NCBI RefSeq assembly: GCF_009834535.1
Contig: NC_045696.1
Span: forward strand, 2,482,001 to 2,546,000
Direction: 5' to 3'
Length of the DNA: 64,000 nt
DNA from: Camelus ferus
Taxonomy: Eukaryota
Shown here: positions 44,621 through 55,855 of the stretch, one piece after another
Layout of the letters: each line of letters begins with the position of its first letter
Position numbering within the stretch: position 1 is the stretch's first letter
The notes under the pieces: generated by a model
Told to the model about the DNA's origin: nothing
Databases searched by the model: none
The model's input: the letters and a program-made list of their open reading frames with translations, nothing else
Position numbers and translations under genes: made by a program

Positions 44621-47042
44621 CCTGTCACCCCACAGGTCTTTCCTCCGCACTGACTGTTTCAATTACATCATCTGTCTCCACGTGGGGAGGGGTGTGACAC
44701 GTGTCCCACCCATCCACCTCCCGTAGGTCGGACTGTGGGCACATGGCCCCACTGCCACTTTTATCGTGTTTTATAGAGCAGTGTTCATCTGAGTTTTCCT
44801 TTTATATCAGCAACAATAATGATAAAAGTTCAGACACCACGTGCTAACATGAGCCTTCGTTGTTGGACTTGGAGATGAAGACTGAGCCCGGAGCAGTGGG
44901 TCCATTTTTCCATGAGCTCCAAACCTGGTGCAGAGGCCACGGGTTCCACCTGTAGGACCTGGTTTGTACCCACGGGACTGCAGCGGGGGGAGGCGGCGAC
45001 TCCCCAGCCAGGCTCTGTGCGGCCGGACTGTAAGCCTCTGGGCCCTCCTTCTGCCTGCCAGGCGGACTCGCGCTGCCTATTCGCCAGCTCTCCAAGGAGC
45101 AGGGGGGCAGGCCAGGGGGTGTGGCTCAGGGCTGGAGGACATGTGAGCTGTTGCTCTTTGTCACTAGGAAGCTTGTCCCTGACCTTCACAGGTGGCTGCC
45201 GATACACCGACCCCTGGCAGCGGGGGTGGTGGGGCCTGGTTGCTTAGGGCTGAGCCTGGCTCCCAGCCTGCTCCCTGGACACACTGGCTCTCGTCCATCT
45301 CCCCTCACTGGACAATCAGAAGACCCTGAAGAACAAGCGTGAAAAAGAAGGGGATGGGGGCAGCGGCCAGGGAGAGGGGTGCTCCCAGGCGGGGGCCACC
45401 ATCAGCCTCCCAGGTGGGGTGGCCTCCCCTGGATATGCCGGGGCTAGCTAGGTTCTTGAGTCAGCCCTGCCCATGGTCGCCCAGTAGTGAGCTGGCCCAA
45501 AAGCTCAGCTCCAGACTGGGATGCTCTGGACAAAGTTTGCAGGTTCCTGCATCAGTGATGGATGGATGGCGGGGATAAGGGGCCAGCTGGGAGGGTCTGA
45601 GTCCTGCTGGCCATCACTCGGGGAGCCCCCATACCCCCGAGGCTCCTGGGGGCTCTGCCCACCCACCCTGGGCCAGAGCTGCAGGCAGGCTGTACTTGGC
45701 ATTCCGGGACGGTGCATGGAAGACATTTAATTGGCGAGTTCCCTCTCCACATGGGGTATAATTAATTTTCCTGAAATAGGCATGACAGCCCAATCAACTT
45801 TGCCTGTCTGAGTCAGGCAGTGGTTGTCGCCTTGCACGGGCATGGCGGGTCGATGGTTGCTGGGAATTCAAAGTGCCCACAGCTCCCCAGTCCTGACAGG
45901 GTGGTGCAGGGGAGTTCAGGGCCAGGCTAGAGGTCAGGGATCGGGGGGACACCACACACCACAACCACCCTGTGCAAAGATGCTGTGCGGGGCCAAGTGG
46001 CACATGTTGTTCCCAGGTGCAGAGCTGGTGCTCGTGTGGCATGGACGGGGTTGGGGGCATATCTGGAGCTGCCCCCTGTCAAAGGAGAGCAAACCTGAGT
46101 CCTCCAGAGAGAAAGGGGGTGCCCCCCAGCATGCATGCCTCTCCTTTCCAGAGACAGGCCCTCGGGACCTGGTGATGTGAGGGCCGGTCACCGCCCAGGC
46201 TGGCCATGGCCAGGTGTGAGGGGTCAGAGCAGGACTGGGGAGCGGGCAGCGTGGACGTCTGAGGCCCCCGTGCCGAGGTGGCACTGCTCCTCTCGCCTGG
46301 GCCTTGGTGGCGCTGGTGTGGGAGTGGCACCTGCAAGAACTCGGGCCTCTCGCCTCTTGGGGCTCCCCAGCACAGGGATGGGGGCTTGTAACGGAGGGTG
46401 CATGTACCTGTGTCTCCAGCTGCGGGAGTGACTAGGGCTGTGGCCTCTCCAGAGCTGGATGGCCCTCAGCGAGCAGGCCCAGGTAGGCTGTTTCTTCTCT
46501 TCCTTCTGTGCCGGGGCCTCCCTTCTGAGCTCAGAGGGGGCTAGAGTCTCATCTGTAGGGGAGGCTGGGAGTGAGGAAGCTGTGTCCCCATAGGGTTGCA
46601 GACGGGGACACTGAGGCCTCAGAGGTCAATGGAGCCGGGGCTGCAGGCCTGGCTGTCGGCAGGAGGCTCCAGGCAGGACGTGGGACCTGCCCTTCCTCCC
46701 TCCCTTTGCCAGGCCCTGAGGTTCTGGGGCTCACGCCCGAGGGCACAGCCCAGACCCCAGACTCAAGCTCTCCAGGCTGTCTCCTTCACAGATGGAGACA
46801 CTGAAGGTGCAGGCCCTCGTCCCAGAGCACAGAGCTGGTGAACAGCGCAGCATCCTCGGACCCAGCAGTCTGCCCCTGAGCGGTACTGTGAAGTGATGGG
46901 ACGACGCCCCGTTTTCTTTCTATCCTTGTCCTAGAACCCCTCCCACCACCAAGAGAGCCCGCCTGAGCGCAGACCTGGGGTCAAAGGCCAAGTCCTGGGT
47001 GGGAGAGCACCGCCCCTATTTTCGCCTTTTCAAGATGGAAGG

Positions 47043-47459
47043 TGCTGTGGGGTGCGTTGTGTCCCTTCACTTGATATGGTCCCTGGTGCCTGTGACCTAA
47101 TTTGGAGATGGAGTCTTTGCAGGAAGCTGCCATCAAGTTGAACTGAGGTCTGGAGGGGGGGCCCGACATCCTGTGAGACTGGTGTTCTTAGAAGCACAGG
47201 GAGGTTTGGACACAGACGGAGGGAACAGGCCTTGTGAAGACAGAGTGGGGATCAGAGAGACACGGCCACAAGCCACGGAGCGTCCGGCCCGGCCACCAGG
47301 GGAGGCAGGAAGGCCCCTCCCTGGGAGTTTGGACGGAGCATGACCCCGTGACATTTTCGATTTTGGACTCCCAGCCTCCAGACTGTGAGAGAATAAATTC
47401 CTGTTGTCCGAAACCCCCCAGGCCATGGTGTTTGGTACAAAGCCACAGGCAAGCTCCCA
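47043..47459 (+). mobile_element. MLT1B/C-like solo LTR
   Basis: tgtgacctaatttggagatggagtctttgcag...gactggtgttctta...tgtgaagacagag...ttttggactcccagcctccagactgtgagagaataaattcctgttg. Confidence 0.85.
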
Positions 47460-49924
47460 TCTCTGAAGGCGACCCGACCCACAGCAGTCAGGGGACAGTG
47501 GCCCTGGGGCCTCCAGCCCTGCCACCTGCCCCGCGCTGTCCCCTCTCCCTACCCTCTCCAGGCTCCACCACCCGCGTGGTTGAGAAGAAAATGGCTCCCT
47601 CCTCCCATCAGACATCCCGATTTTGCTTGAAGCAGACACCTGTGCGGTGAGCGGGGGCACCAGTAGGTAGGCGAAGCTGCCATCCTTACTGGGGCGGGCA
47701 AAGGCGGGCAGGAAACAGGAGCCGGAACCCCAGCCTCCCCTTCCCTGCTGACTTCCCGCCCTCCTCCCGGAAGCCTCAGCCTCTTTCAGCCTGAATCTCA
47801 GAGGGAAGTGAGATTCCAGCCCGGCACCGTCACGTGATATCCTGTAAGTCGGGGTCAAGATGCTCCCGGACTGTGTCCGAAGCCGGGATCCGAGCAGGGA
47901 ACACAGGGCGCCCCTCTCTGCTGGACCAAACGACACTGTTCCCATCCCTGTGTTGCTGGCCTGTGCATTTCGGGTTTTATCCAGGAAATGGCTCCCAGGG
48001 CCTCCCCAGGGCTTGTGGAGACCTCAGGGCAGCCTTGCTTCTAGGGCTCAGGGCCGGAGGGAGCCGCCAGCAGGGCAGATCCAGCGCAGACACAGGCTAG
48101 GCGAAGGCCACTGTGCAAGGTGGGGGGTGCAGGCAGGCCTGGGAGGTGGAGACCCCTGCACCCCAACTGCAGAAGGGGCCTGGCAAGGAGGCGGGGAAGG
48201 CCAGCGCCGTGACCAGCAGGCGGCGCCAGGGCTGAGTGTGGGCCTTGTGAGCAGGGGGCTGGGGTGAGGGGCTCCCCCTAGCTTGCCTGCTGCCAGTCCT
48301 GGCCGCAGAGCCTCACTCCACCTCCCGGCATGGGGGCCCAGGCTGCTGCGGGGCTCATGTGGGTCTGCTTGGGCTTGAGGCCGGCCAGTGGGGGGCCCAG
48401 AGGATGTGTTGGGGTGACCTGGGGGTGGCAAGGGCAGGGCAGCCTCCTGGTGGGAAAGGCTATGGGGGGCTGCCTCGGGGGTGTGGGACGCTGCACTGGG
48501 CTGTCTCCTTGGCCTTGCTCCAAGGCCGGGGTGCTCCCAGCAGCCAGACTTGTGGGCCCCAATGGTGGCCCCTTCTGGGACAGGTGGTGCCTCTCCCTAC
48601 TCGTACTCAGGAAGGACGCTTAGTCCCCAAAGCTCCCCTCTGTCCCTGGGTCCCCAGACGTCTCCAAGCCTCGCACCCCAGCCTGGAGCTGGTGAGGGCC
48701 TGTGCTGGGCCGGGGGCAGGTGGTGCCCCCTTCTTGGGAAAAAGGGAAATGAAAACACAGAAGGAAGTGGTCCGCCCCAGACGGGCAGAGCGAGTGCAGG
48801 GCACAAAGGCCCACGGAGGTGGGCAGGGCAGCGGGCGCTGGGCTGGTCTTGGCTCTAAACCGCAGGGCCCCTGGGGAGGGGCACCTGCCCGCCTGCGGCC
48901 AGAGCCCCGGACACACACGGAAACCCATCCAGGCATCCTGGGGCAGCGCCCTCTGGCCCCCGTCTTGGCTGCCCTCCTCTTCCAGGCGCCCCCGTTGGGG
49001 TGGGCTCCTCCAGAGCCGCCAGCAAAGGCCTGGCAGGTGGTGCTGCCCGGCTTGGGGGGCAGGGCGTGTGCCCCCCACTCCTGCCCCCGCAGTTCACACT
49101 GGGTGAGACTCGGGCAGAGGTGAGGGGCCGGGACGAGAGAGGTGACAGCAGTGTGATGAGGGGCCCTGATGACAGCAGGGTCATGGCCTGAGAGCCTCGG
49201 GGGCCCTGGCTACTCACAGGGGACACAGCCCTTCTCCATAGGGACAGCCTGCTTCGGAGTCTTCCCCAAGCTCAGGACAGCTGGAGACCTCTCCAGAGGC
49301 CGGGCGGGGGCGTGGACCTGTGCCCACAGGTCAGGGACAGCAAGAGGTGGCCAGGAAAGGAGCCAGCAGGAAGCTGAGGCTGGAGGAGGCACCGCTGCAG
49401 AGCCACCACCAGCTGGGACCCTTGGGGACTGTGGGTGACGAGCCCAGGGCTGGCTTCTATTTGCAGACTTCACAGCCCCAGCCTTGAGGAGGGTGCAGGA
49501 CCCCCGTGCAGGGCGGAGCCAACGCCAGTGGCCTCAGCTGATGCGCTGGCTGTCACTCATGGTCACTCACCCTCTGCCCCTCGTGTCTCCTGCGCCCAGG
49601 TGAGGAAGCACCCCGGGGCCCGGCTGCAGAAAGCGGGAGAGCACACGGGCTGAGCCCGCACCCCCGGCTCACTAGCCCTCTGGCCCCCATCCCTCCCGCT
49701 TCACCCCGAGTGTGATAAACACGCTCAGCCACCTTTCTGAGAAGGCCAGGGTGCAGGGTTGGGTGCGGAGGCTGGACGGGCTGGAACGCGAGCAGGCGGC
49801 TCTCTGACGGGTGATGGGTGTGTCCCTGCACATTTGCACACACGTGCTCGCACCTGGGTGCACACGGGCACAGAACCCCTGTTCCTGCTTGTTCTGACTT
49901 GGTCCCCACAATAGGCTTGAAGGC

Positions 49925-50030
49925 AAATGTTTTGTCCCCGTGCTGCAGAGGAAGGAGCTGAGGTCTGTGAGTTTTGGTGACTCAGACAAAGCCCAGCTCA
50001 TCAGCTGCTGTTGGCCGGTGTGACTCCAGG
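49925..50030 (-). mobile_element. MIR SINE fragment
   Basis: tgtccccgtgctgcagaggaaggagctgaggtctgtgag resembles the antisense MIR core (cccattttacagatgaggaaactgaggctcagag). Confidence 0.45.
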
Positions 50031-50124
50031 TCAGGTGCCCAAGAGCCTGGGAACAGTGCTGCTGACCATGAGGGCCAGGTGGGCGAGCTCCTGACAGGAG
50101 AAGGGTGTCTCATGTTGGTTAGCA

Positions 50125-50390
50125 TGACCACAGTGGGAGAAGCAGCCATGGGGCAGAGGTGACCACAGGGAGAGGTGACCACAGGGAGAAGTGACCTTGT
50201 GGGGGGAGTAACCATGGGGGAGAGGTGACCACAGTGAGGGGTGAACACAGGGAGAGGTGACCACAGGGGAAGAGGTGACCACAGGGAGAGGTGACCTTTG
50301 GGTGGGAAGTAACCATGGAGGAGAGGTGACCACAGGGGAATAAGTGACCATGGCGAGAGGTGACCTTGGGGCAGAGGTGACTCAGGGGAG
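50125..50390. repeat. Minisatellite, ~16 degenerate copies of a 16-18 bp unit AGAGGTGACCACAGGG
   Basis: Repeated agaggtgaccacaggg and variants read directly from the sequence. Confidence 0.92.
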
Positions 50391-52934
50391 AAGGGCCCCA
50401 GGGTGGGCAGTGCCCACCGTGTCCTTGACTGTGGGAGGGCTGTGGCCTGGCCTGGGGCTGACTGTCCACTGCAGCCCAGAGTCCTCCGTGCCTCGGGGCC
50501 CCCTGCCACTGGGTCAGGGGTCCTGCCCTCAACAGGGGTGCCTGCTCCCCCACCCCCACCTCTGCCCAGTCATCAGGACAGCTGTGGTTCCAGGGCTTCT
50601 GGGGGGTGCTCACGAGAGCCGGAGCTGCTGACGCCACCGCGCCCGCCACCAGCCAGCAGGGCTATGCTGAGAGCCGAGCTCGCCCGCCGCGGGGGGCAGC
50701 GCGTGCAGCGGGCTGCCTGTGTGTGTGCATGTGCACGTGTGCCTGGGTCTGACACCTCTGCTGCCATGAGAAAACTGCGGTATGATCACAGCAGTGCAAA
50801 GTGTCTTGGAGGGGCTGGAGGCCATGCCAGGCAAGGGTCTGTGTCCCATGTGACCTGAAGACGCTGAGGAGAGGTGACCGTCGAGGCCAGCCCCACCTTT
50901 GCTCCGGAAAACGCAGTGCAGATTTTCCCTTTCCCGGTCTGGTGGGCCCAGGCATGGGGAGATGGAAGTTTACTGCAGGCTGGGTTCCCTGTAGCCTTGA
51001 TTGACTGTCAAATATTATGAAGACCTGTCTCAAAGAAGGCCCTGGTGTGGAGGGCCTGGGCTCGGCCCTGGCAGTGAGTGGAGTCCTGCCGTGTACGGAG
51101 GCCCAGCCCTGCCCCACTCGGGGCTCCTGTCAGTCTCCTGTCCCACCCAGGGCTGAGATTTCAGCCACCCCTGTGTGCCTCCCTGCCCTGTGGGGCCGGC
51201 CTTGGCCCCGGGGAAGAGCTGAGTCACCAGCTTGCTGGGCGTGAGCTCGGCTGACGCTACAAGTCATCATGTAATGTGTGCCCCTCTTCAGGTGCGCCCC
51301 CTTGACTTTGAAAGTTCTGTGACTTTTTCTTTGCTTATTTTGGAGAATAGACTCAGAGCCAAATACAGAGACCCCAGCAGCCCCGATACTGAATTCCCTT
51401 GGAGAAGATCCTTCCGGGAGTTGGAGGCTGTGGCCTCTCGTCCCCCGAAGCTCTGCCTGTGGGAAGCCCCGCCCTGGATCCTTGCCCTGCGACCTGGCAG
51501 GGTGGTCTTGGCCTCCTGGGGCTGTGGTATGGAGGTGCCCACCCTTCCCCTTGGCCCTCGCTCAAGAAAGGCCCCGCCCTTCCCCAGGGTGGTTGTAAGC
51601 CTTCAGAATGGCTCATCGGAGCTCCCTGGTTGGTCCAATCATGGCTCTGATGAGATGAGGACATTTGGGTACAGCTCAGGCAATGGCTCAGGAACCACAT
51701 CCCCTGGCTGTGTCTCCTGAGGTCTGGCCCCGGTTGGGGGGGGGGGGGATCGAGGGTGGGAGGGGTACCTCCGCCCGGGCAGGTGCTTTCAGAGTGAGTC
51801 ACGCAGGTACGGGAGCCCCTGGGAAGCCTCCTTCCTCGCTCTGACTGTGCTCTGCTCGTGACCTTGGGTTGAGGACAGCCAGTTAGCTGGTCCAGGCAAG
51901 GCCCACTCTACCACTGCGTCCAGCGTGGCTTTCAGGAGCCATGATAAGCTTCTGTCCCTGTGCTGCCAGGAGCCCCTCTCAGCCTCCCTGGGGCTCTGAG
52001 GCTGGGCCTTCCCCTGTCTCTGGGTGTCCCTGGGTGTGAACCAGCCCCTGAAAACAGATCAGGGTGGTGGCCCAGGCCTGGAGCCCATTCTGTGTGTGGG
52101 GGCTGCCCCGGGCCCAGGCGAGGTCCAGGTCGAGATGCAGGAGGCAGGATGAAGGGGAGTTCTACCAGCCGCACTACTTGGGGGACCCAGTGCAGAGCGA
52201 AAATAAGGCACCCGTGGGCCAAAAGCTCTATGCCCATCGAGGCAGCAGCAGCAGCGCCGCACCACGCGTAGGCCCGCCTGAGCGCGGCCTGTGCACCTGT
52301 GCGCGGCACACGTGCAGGGCCCGTGGGGCCTGGGGTCTGGGGCTCCCAGGCTGCAGGCTGACGGTGTTGCCCAAAGAGCTTTGTTGGACCCCGTGATTCA
52401 AGGTGGTAGGGGAGACAAAGGAGTGGAAGGAGAGGGGAGGAGAGATCCCTTTGTGGCTAAATTGGCGGGGTGGCGAAGGACCGCATCATCTCTTCTGTGG
52501 GGCTGGATCTGCCGGGAGAGATACAGACATTTGGGGAAGAGATGCTGTGGTCCATGGGTTTTATCCCGCTGCTGCAAGAAAATGCAGGCCAAAATTTGCA
52601 GATTTTGTGTGGTTGCTGTGAGCGTGTTTAATCACCTCGCTGACCCAGGGTAGACAGTGCCCACCTCACTCACTGCTTTGCAGCACCCAGCCCCCACCCT
52701 CGCTGCTCCCCGTCTGTACCCAGCCCTTCATGGCCAGCTGGAATCGTGTGTGGTCCCTGCCCCCAACCTCTCTGATGTGCACGTGTTCCCTCACTGGGAT
52801 GTTCTGCAGGCCTTTGCCTGGGCAGCTGCATGTGTCCTTCGAGACCTGGCTGTGCCCGTTTCCTTGTTTCCTGGGTACTTCCGTGCACGCCGACCTGAGT
52901 GCCTAGTATGTCAACGTGGCGTTCCTGCTCTCTC

Positions 52935-53240
52935 TGTTTTAGGTAGAGCTCTCTTGGTGCAGAATCCCATTTCAGATGAATGTAAGTGTAAAGGAAATTT
53001 CTAAGCTTGGAGTAAACTACATCACTCGGGACCAGCTTCGGTCATGGCTGGATCCAGGAGCCTGAATGATGGCCTCAGGGCTCTGGTTCTCTCTCCGTGT
53101 CTTGGTTCTGCTTGTCTTTGCTTGACTTCATTCTGGGCGTCAGACCTCTCCCCATGGGGTGGAGGTGGCCTTTGGCAATCCCACATTTGCCTCCTACCAA
53201 ACTAGCAGCCCCGGTGGGAAGAGGCTGATTTTCTGGTCAC
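52935..53240 (-). mobile_element. Old MLT1 (K/J-like) LTR fragment
   Basis: gcttcggtcatggctggatccaggagcctgaatgatg...ttctgcttgtctttgcttgacttcattctgggc. Confidence 0.55.
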
Positions 53241-55057
53241 TCTACAGGTTAGTCTCAGAGGGAGTCCTTACAATGTGACATCGAGCATCCCAGGACCTAC
53301 CACTGTGGCCAGTGGGTGCGGGGTGTGTGTGTCTCTCTGTAGGGTCGGCCCCCAGGAAAGACAGATTTGCTGCCCAGCGAAGGGGAGGGAGGCTGGGCTG
53401 TGTCCACGCCCCCAGCAGAATGGATGATTTCCTGGCAGGAGTGCTGTGCGTTTAGGCGTCTCGGTACCCCCACCGCGTGCCCCATGCCTGGAGGCGCATA
53501 GGAGGGCATATGCAGTCTTTACTGATCGGCCACTTCTGCCCTTGGGGACTCTTTGGCCAGAGAAGGTGGAACACGTGGGCTGTGAAGAAACTGAAAGCAG
53601 ACAGAGGTCATCTTTGGGAAGCCCCTCAGCCCCCCAGGGCTGGGCCCTTCCTCCGCTGGTGCCCAGGCGGAAGCTGCTCTTTGCGGCAGAACTGACCAGT
53701 AGAAGGGGGTGGGCGGGCTCTCTCAGCCCCGGGGGCCTTCTCACAGTTACCATGTTGCTCAATCCCAGGTCGAACCCTTCGGTCTGCAAGGGTCACTTTG
53801 GCAAAGGCCGGGTGGGTGCGAAGAGGGTAAGAAACCCGAGGCGGGCGCCCAGGGCCAGCCTGGGCAGAGAGGCCGTCACGCGGGGTCCTGCGTCTAGCCA
53901 TGCCTGCGGCTCCCCTGAGTGACGCCGGGCAAGCCAATTAAGTCTCTTTTTTATTAACTTCAATTTGAATTGGTGTCCCAAATCACCATGTCCCAGAATC
54001 CAGAAGGAAAGGGTTAGATTTTTGTGAAAATGTAGATTAAAATGTCTGTACCATTGTGAACAGGACCAGCCTGCTCCAGGAGTGGGTAGCGAGGCCAAAT
54101 GGGATTTGTTCCCAGGGAGTTCCGTGTTCCCTCAGCCTCCACCCATCAGCTGGGACCAGCTGCTCCCAAGGCCCCCCTCCCTGAGGGCCAAGAGAGGACT
54201 TGCTGCTTCACAGATGCCCCGAGCCCACCTCCGGTGCAGGGCACAGGCCGGGGCATGGAGCCCTCCCAGGTCTGACCTGCTGGTAACTGCAGGCAACGGG
54301 GGCCTCTGTGCAAGATACTCACACAGGTCCCCACTTCACTCTCTCTCAGTGTTTCCCTTTCTAACTCCCTTCTTTCTCCGTCCTCAGTCCCTCTCTCTTC
54401 TTTTTCACCAAATGCAGACAAATACATTCATACCAGCTATGATAGTTCCCCTTAGGGTTCTGCAAGCGGTGCACATCACTGCAGGAAGAAAGAGCAGAAG
54501 TGCTAGCCGCACGCGTGTCCTCTCTCTGTGCGTGGTTGACCGCAGAGCCTCAGCTCGGCGTGAACACAAGCTTGTTCAGTTTGGCTGATCGCAGCTTTAG
54601 CCGCACTCTGCGACCCCTTCCGGCCCCGACAAGCCCTTGTGCAGATGCCACTCACATCCGGTCACTCCAGCCGCCCGACGCAGGCCGTCCGTCTGAAGAC
54701 GTCCTCTCACGCCCTGCTCGGCCCCTTTCCCTCCCTCCCAGGTGCTGGGCTGCCGGCTCCCAGGGCTGTGGGTGGGGCGCGGGGTGCTTGTGCTTCCCCT
54801 CGGCCTCCCCTCCCTCGGGCTGGCTCCCTCAGTGAGCCCCAACCCTGAAGCCTCTGACTCCCCGAGCCCCCAGCACGGTCTGGGTCGGGGAGCTGGCCTT
54901 GGCCTCCACCCTGTTGATTTCTCGTGCGTTAAGCCCTGCTGCGAGTTTAGGGGGTTGGGTCGTGGGTCAAGGGTCACTTAGTTCTTGTGACATTTTCAAC
55001 GTTAGTCACCGATTCCGGGGCTCTAGTAAAAATCTCACTCAAAATCAAATAACTAAA

Positions 55058-55166
55058 GGGGAGGGTATGGTAGGTAGAGCACATGCTCAGCATGCATGAG
55101 GTCCTGGGTTCAGTCCCCAGTGCTGCCATTAAGAACATAATAAAATAAAGCAAAAATTTAAAAATA
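55058..55166 (+). mobile_element. tRNA-Ala-derived SINE (camelid vic-1-like) with A-rich tail
   Basis: ggggagggtat...ggtagagcacatgctcagcatgcatgaggtcctgggttcagtccccagt follows tRNA-Ala(AGC); B-box-like GGTTCAGTCC 55107-55116; damaged A-box; A-rich tail. Confidence 0.8.
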
Positions 55167-55174
55167 GTCAAATA

Positions 55175-55598
55175 TCTAGCTTGCAGGCTAGAGTCCAGTG
55201 CCTTCATCCTCTGGTACCCATGCCCTAGTATTGTCCCCTCCCACACTGTATCTGAGACGGTAAGTGACATCCAAGATGAGGTCACCAAGGACACAGTGGT
55301 TTTCACCTTGCTCTCTGGGGGCCCTCGCTCTCGGGGAGGCCAGCTGCTCTGGAGTGGGCCACTGGTGAGGACCCGAGGCCTCCTGCCTGCAGCCACGTGA
55401 GCAGGCTTTCCCATCCTAATCACACCTTCAGGTGATGCAATCCTGGTGGACACCCTGGCTGCAACCTCACCACTAACCCTGGGTCAGAACTGTGCAGCTG
55501 GGCGCCTCCCAAATCCCTGAGCCCCAGAAACTAAGATAATAAAGGTTTGCGGTTTTAAACTGCTACGGTTGGGTAACTGTTACACAGCAGTAGTAACT
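55175..55598 (+). mobile_element. MLT1 (E/F-like) LTR
   Basis: ccctcgctctcggggaggccagctgc...gaggcctcctgcctgcagccacgtgag...ccttcaggtgatgc...cccagaaactaagataataaa...gttttaaactgcta...tgttacacagcagtag. Confidence 0.75.
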
Positions 55599-55606
55599 CC
55601 TCTCAC

Positions 55607-55608
<2 letters not shown>

Positions 55609-55641
<33 letters not shown>

Positions 55642-55855
55642 GATGTGTGTGTATGTGGTTATGTGTGTGTGTGGATGTGTGATGTGGATGTGGTGTGTAT
55701 GTGGGGTGTGTGTGTGTGTGTTTGTGTGTGTGGAGGTGTGTGTATTTGGATGTATGTGGATGTGGGGTGTGTGTGCGGATGTGGATGTGTGTGGATGTGG
55801 TTGTGTGTGTGTGGATGTGTGAGGCTGAGGGGGGCGGTGTGTGTGTGTGTGTGTC
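55609..55855. repeat. (GT)15 microsatellite followed by degenerate GT/GGATGT low-complexity repeat
   Basis: Pure GT repeats 55609-55638, then repeated tgtgtggatg-like units. Confidence 0.95.

Noticed and set aside
49982..50649. Repeat array considered as CRISPR-like or as a repeat protein (VVTSP/CGHL repeats)
   Set aside because: The units are head-to-tail with no unique spacers, there are no cas genes, and the context is mammalian; the peptide repeats appear in all three frames because of the 16-bp minisatellite.
45450..51810. Several AP-1 TGA(G/C)TCA sites downstream
   Set aside because: They are spread over kilobases at close to the frequency expected for a 7-mer, so they are not a compelling cluster on their own.
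55058..55130. Functional tRNA-Ala gene
   Set aside because: The D-arm/A-box is damaged, the acceptor stem does not pair, and an A-rich tail follows instead of a T-run terminator, so it is a SINE.
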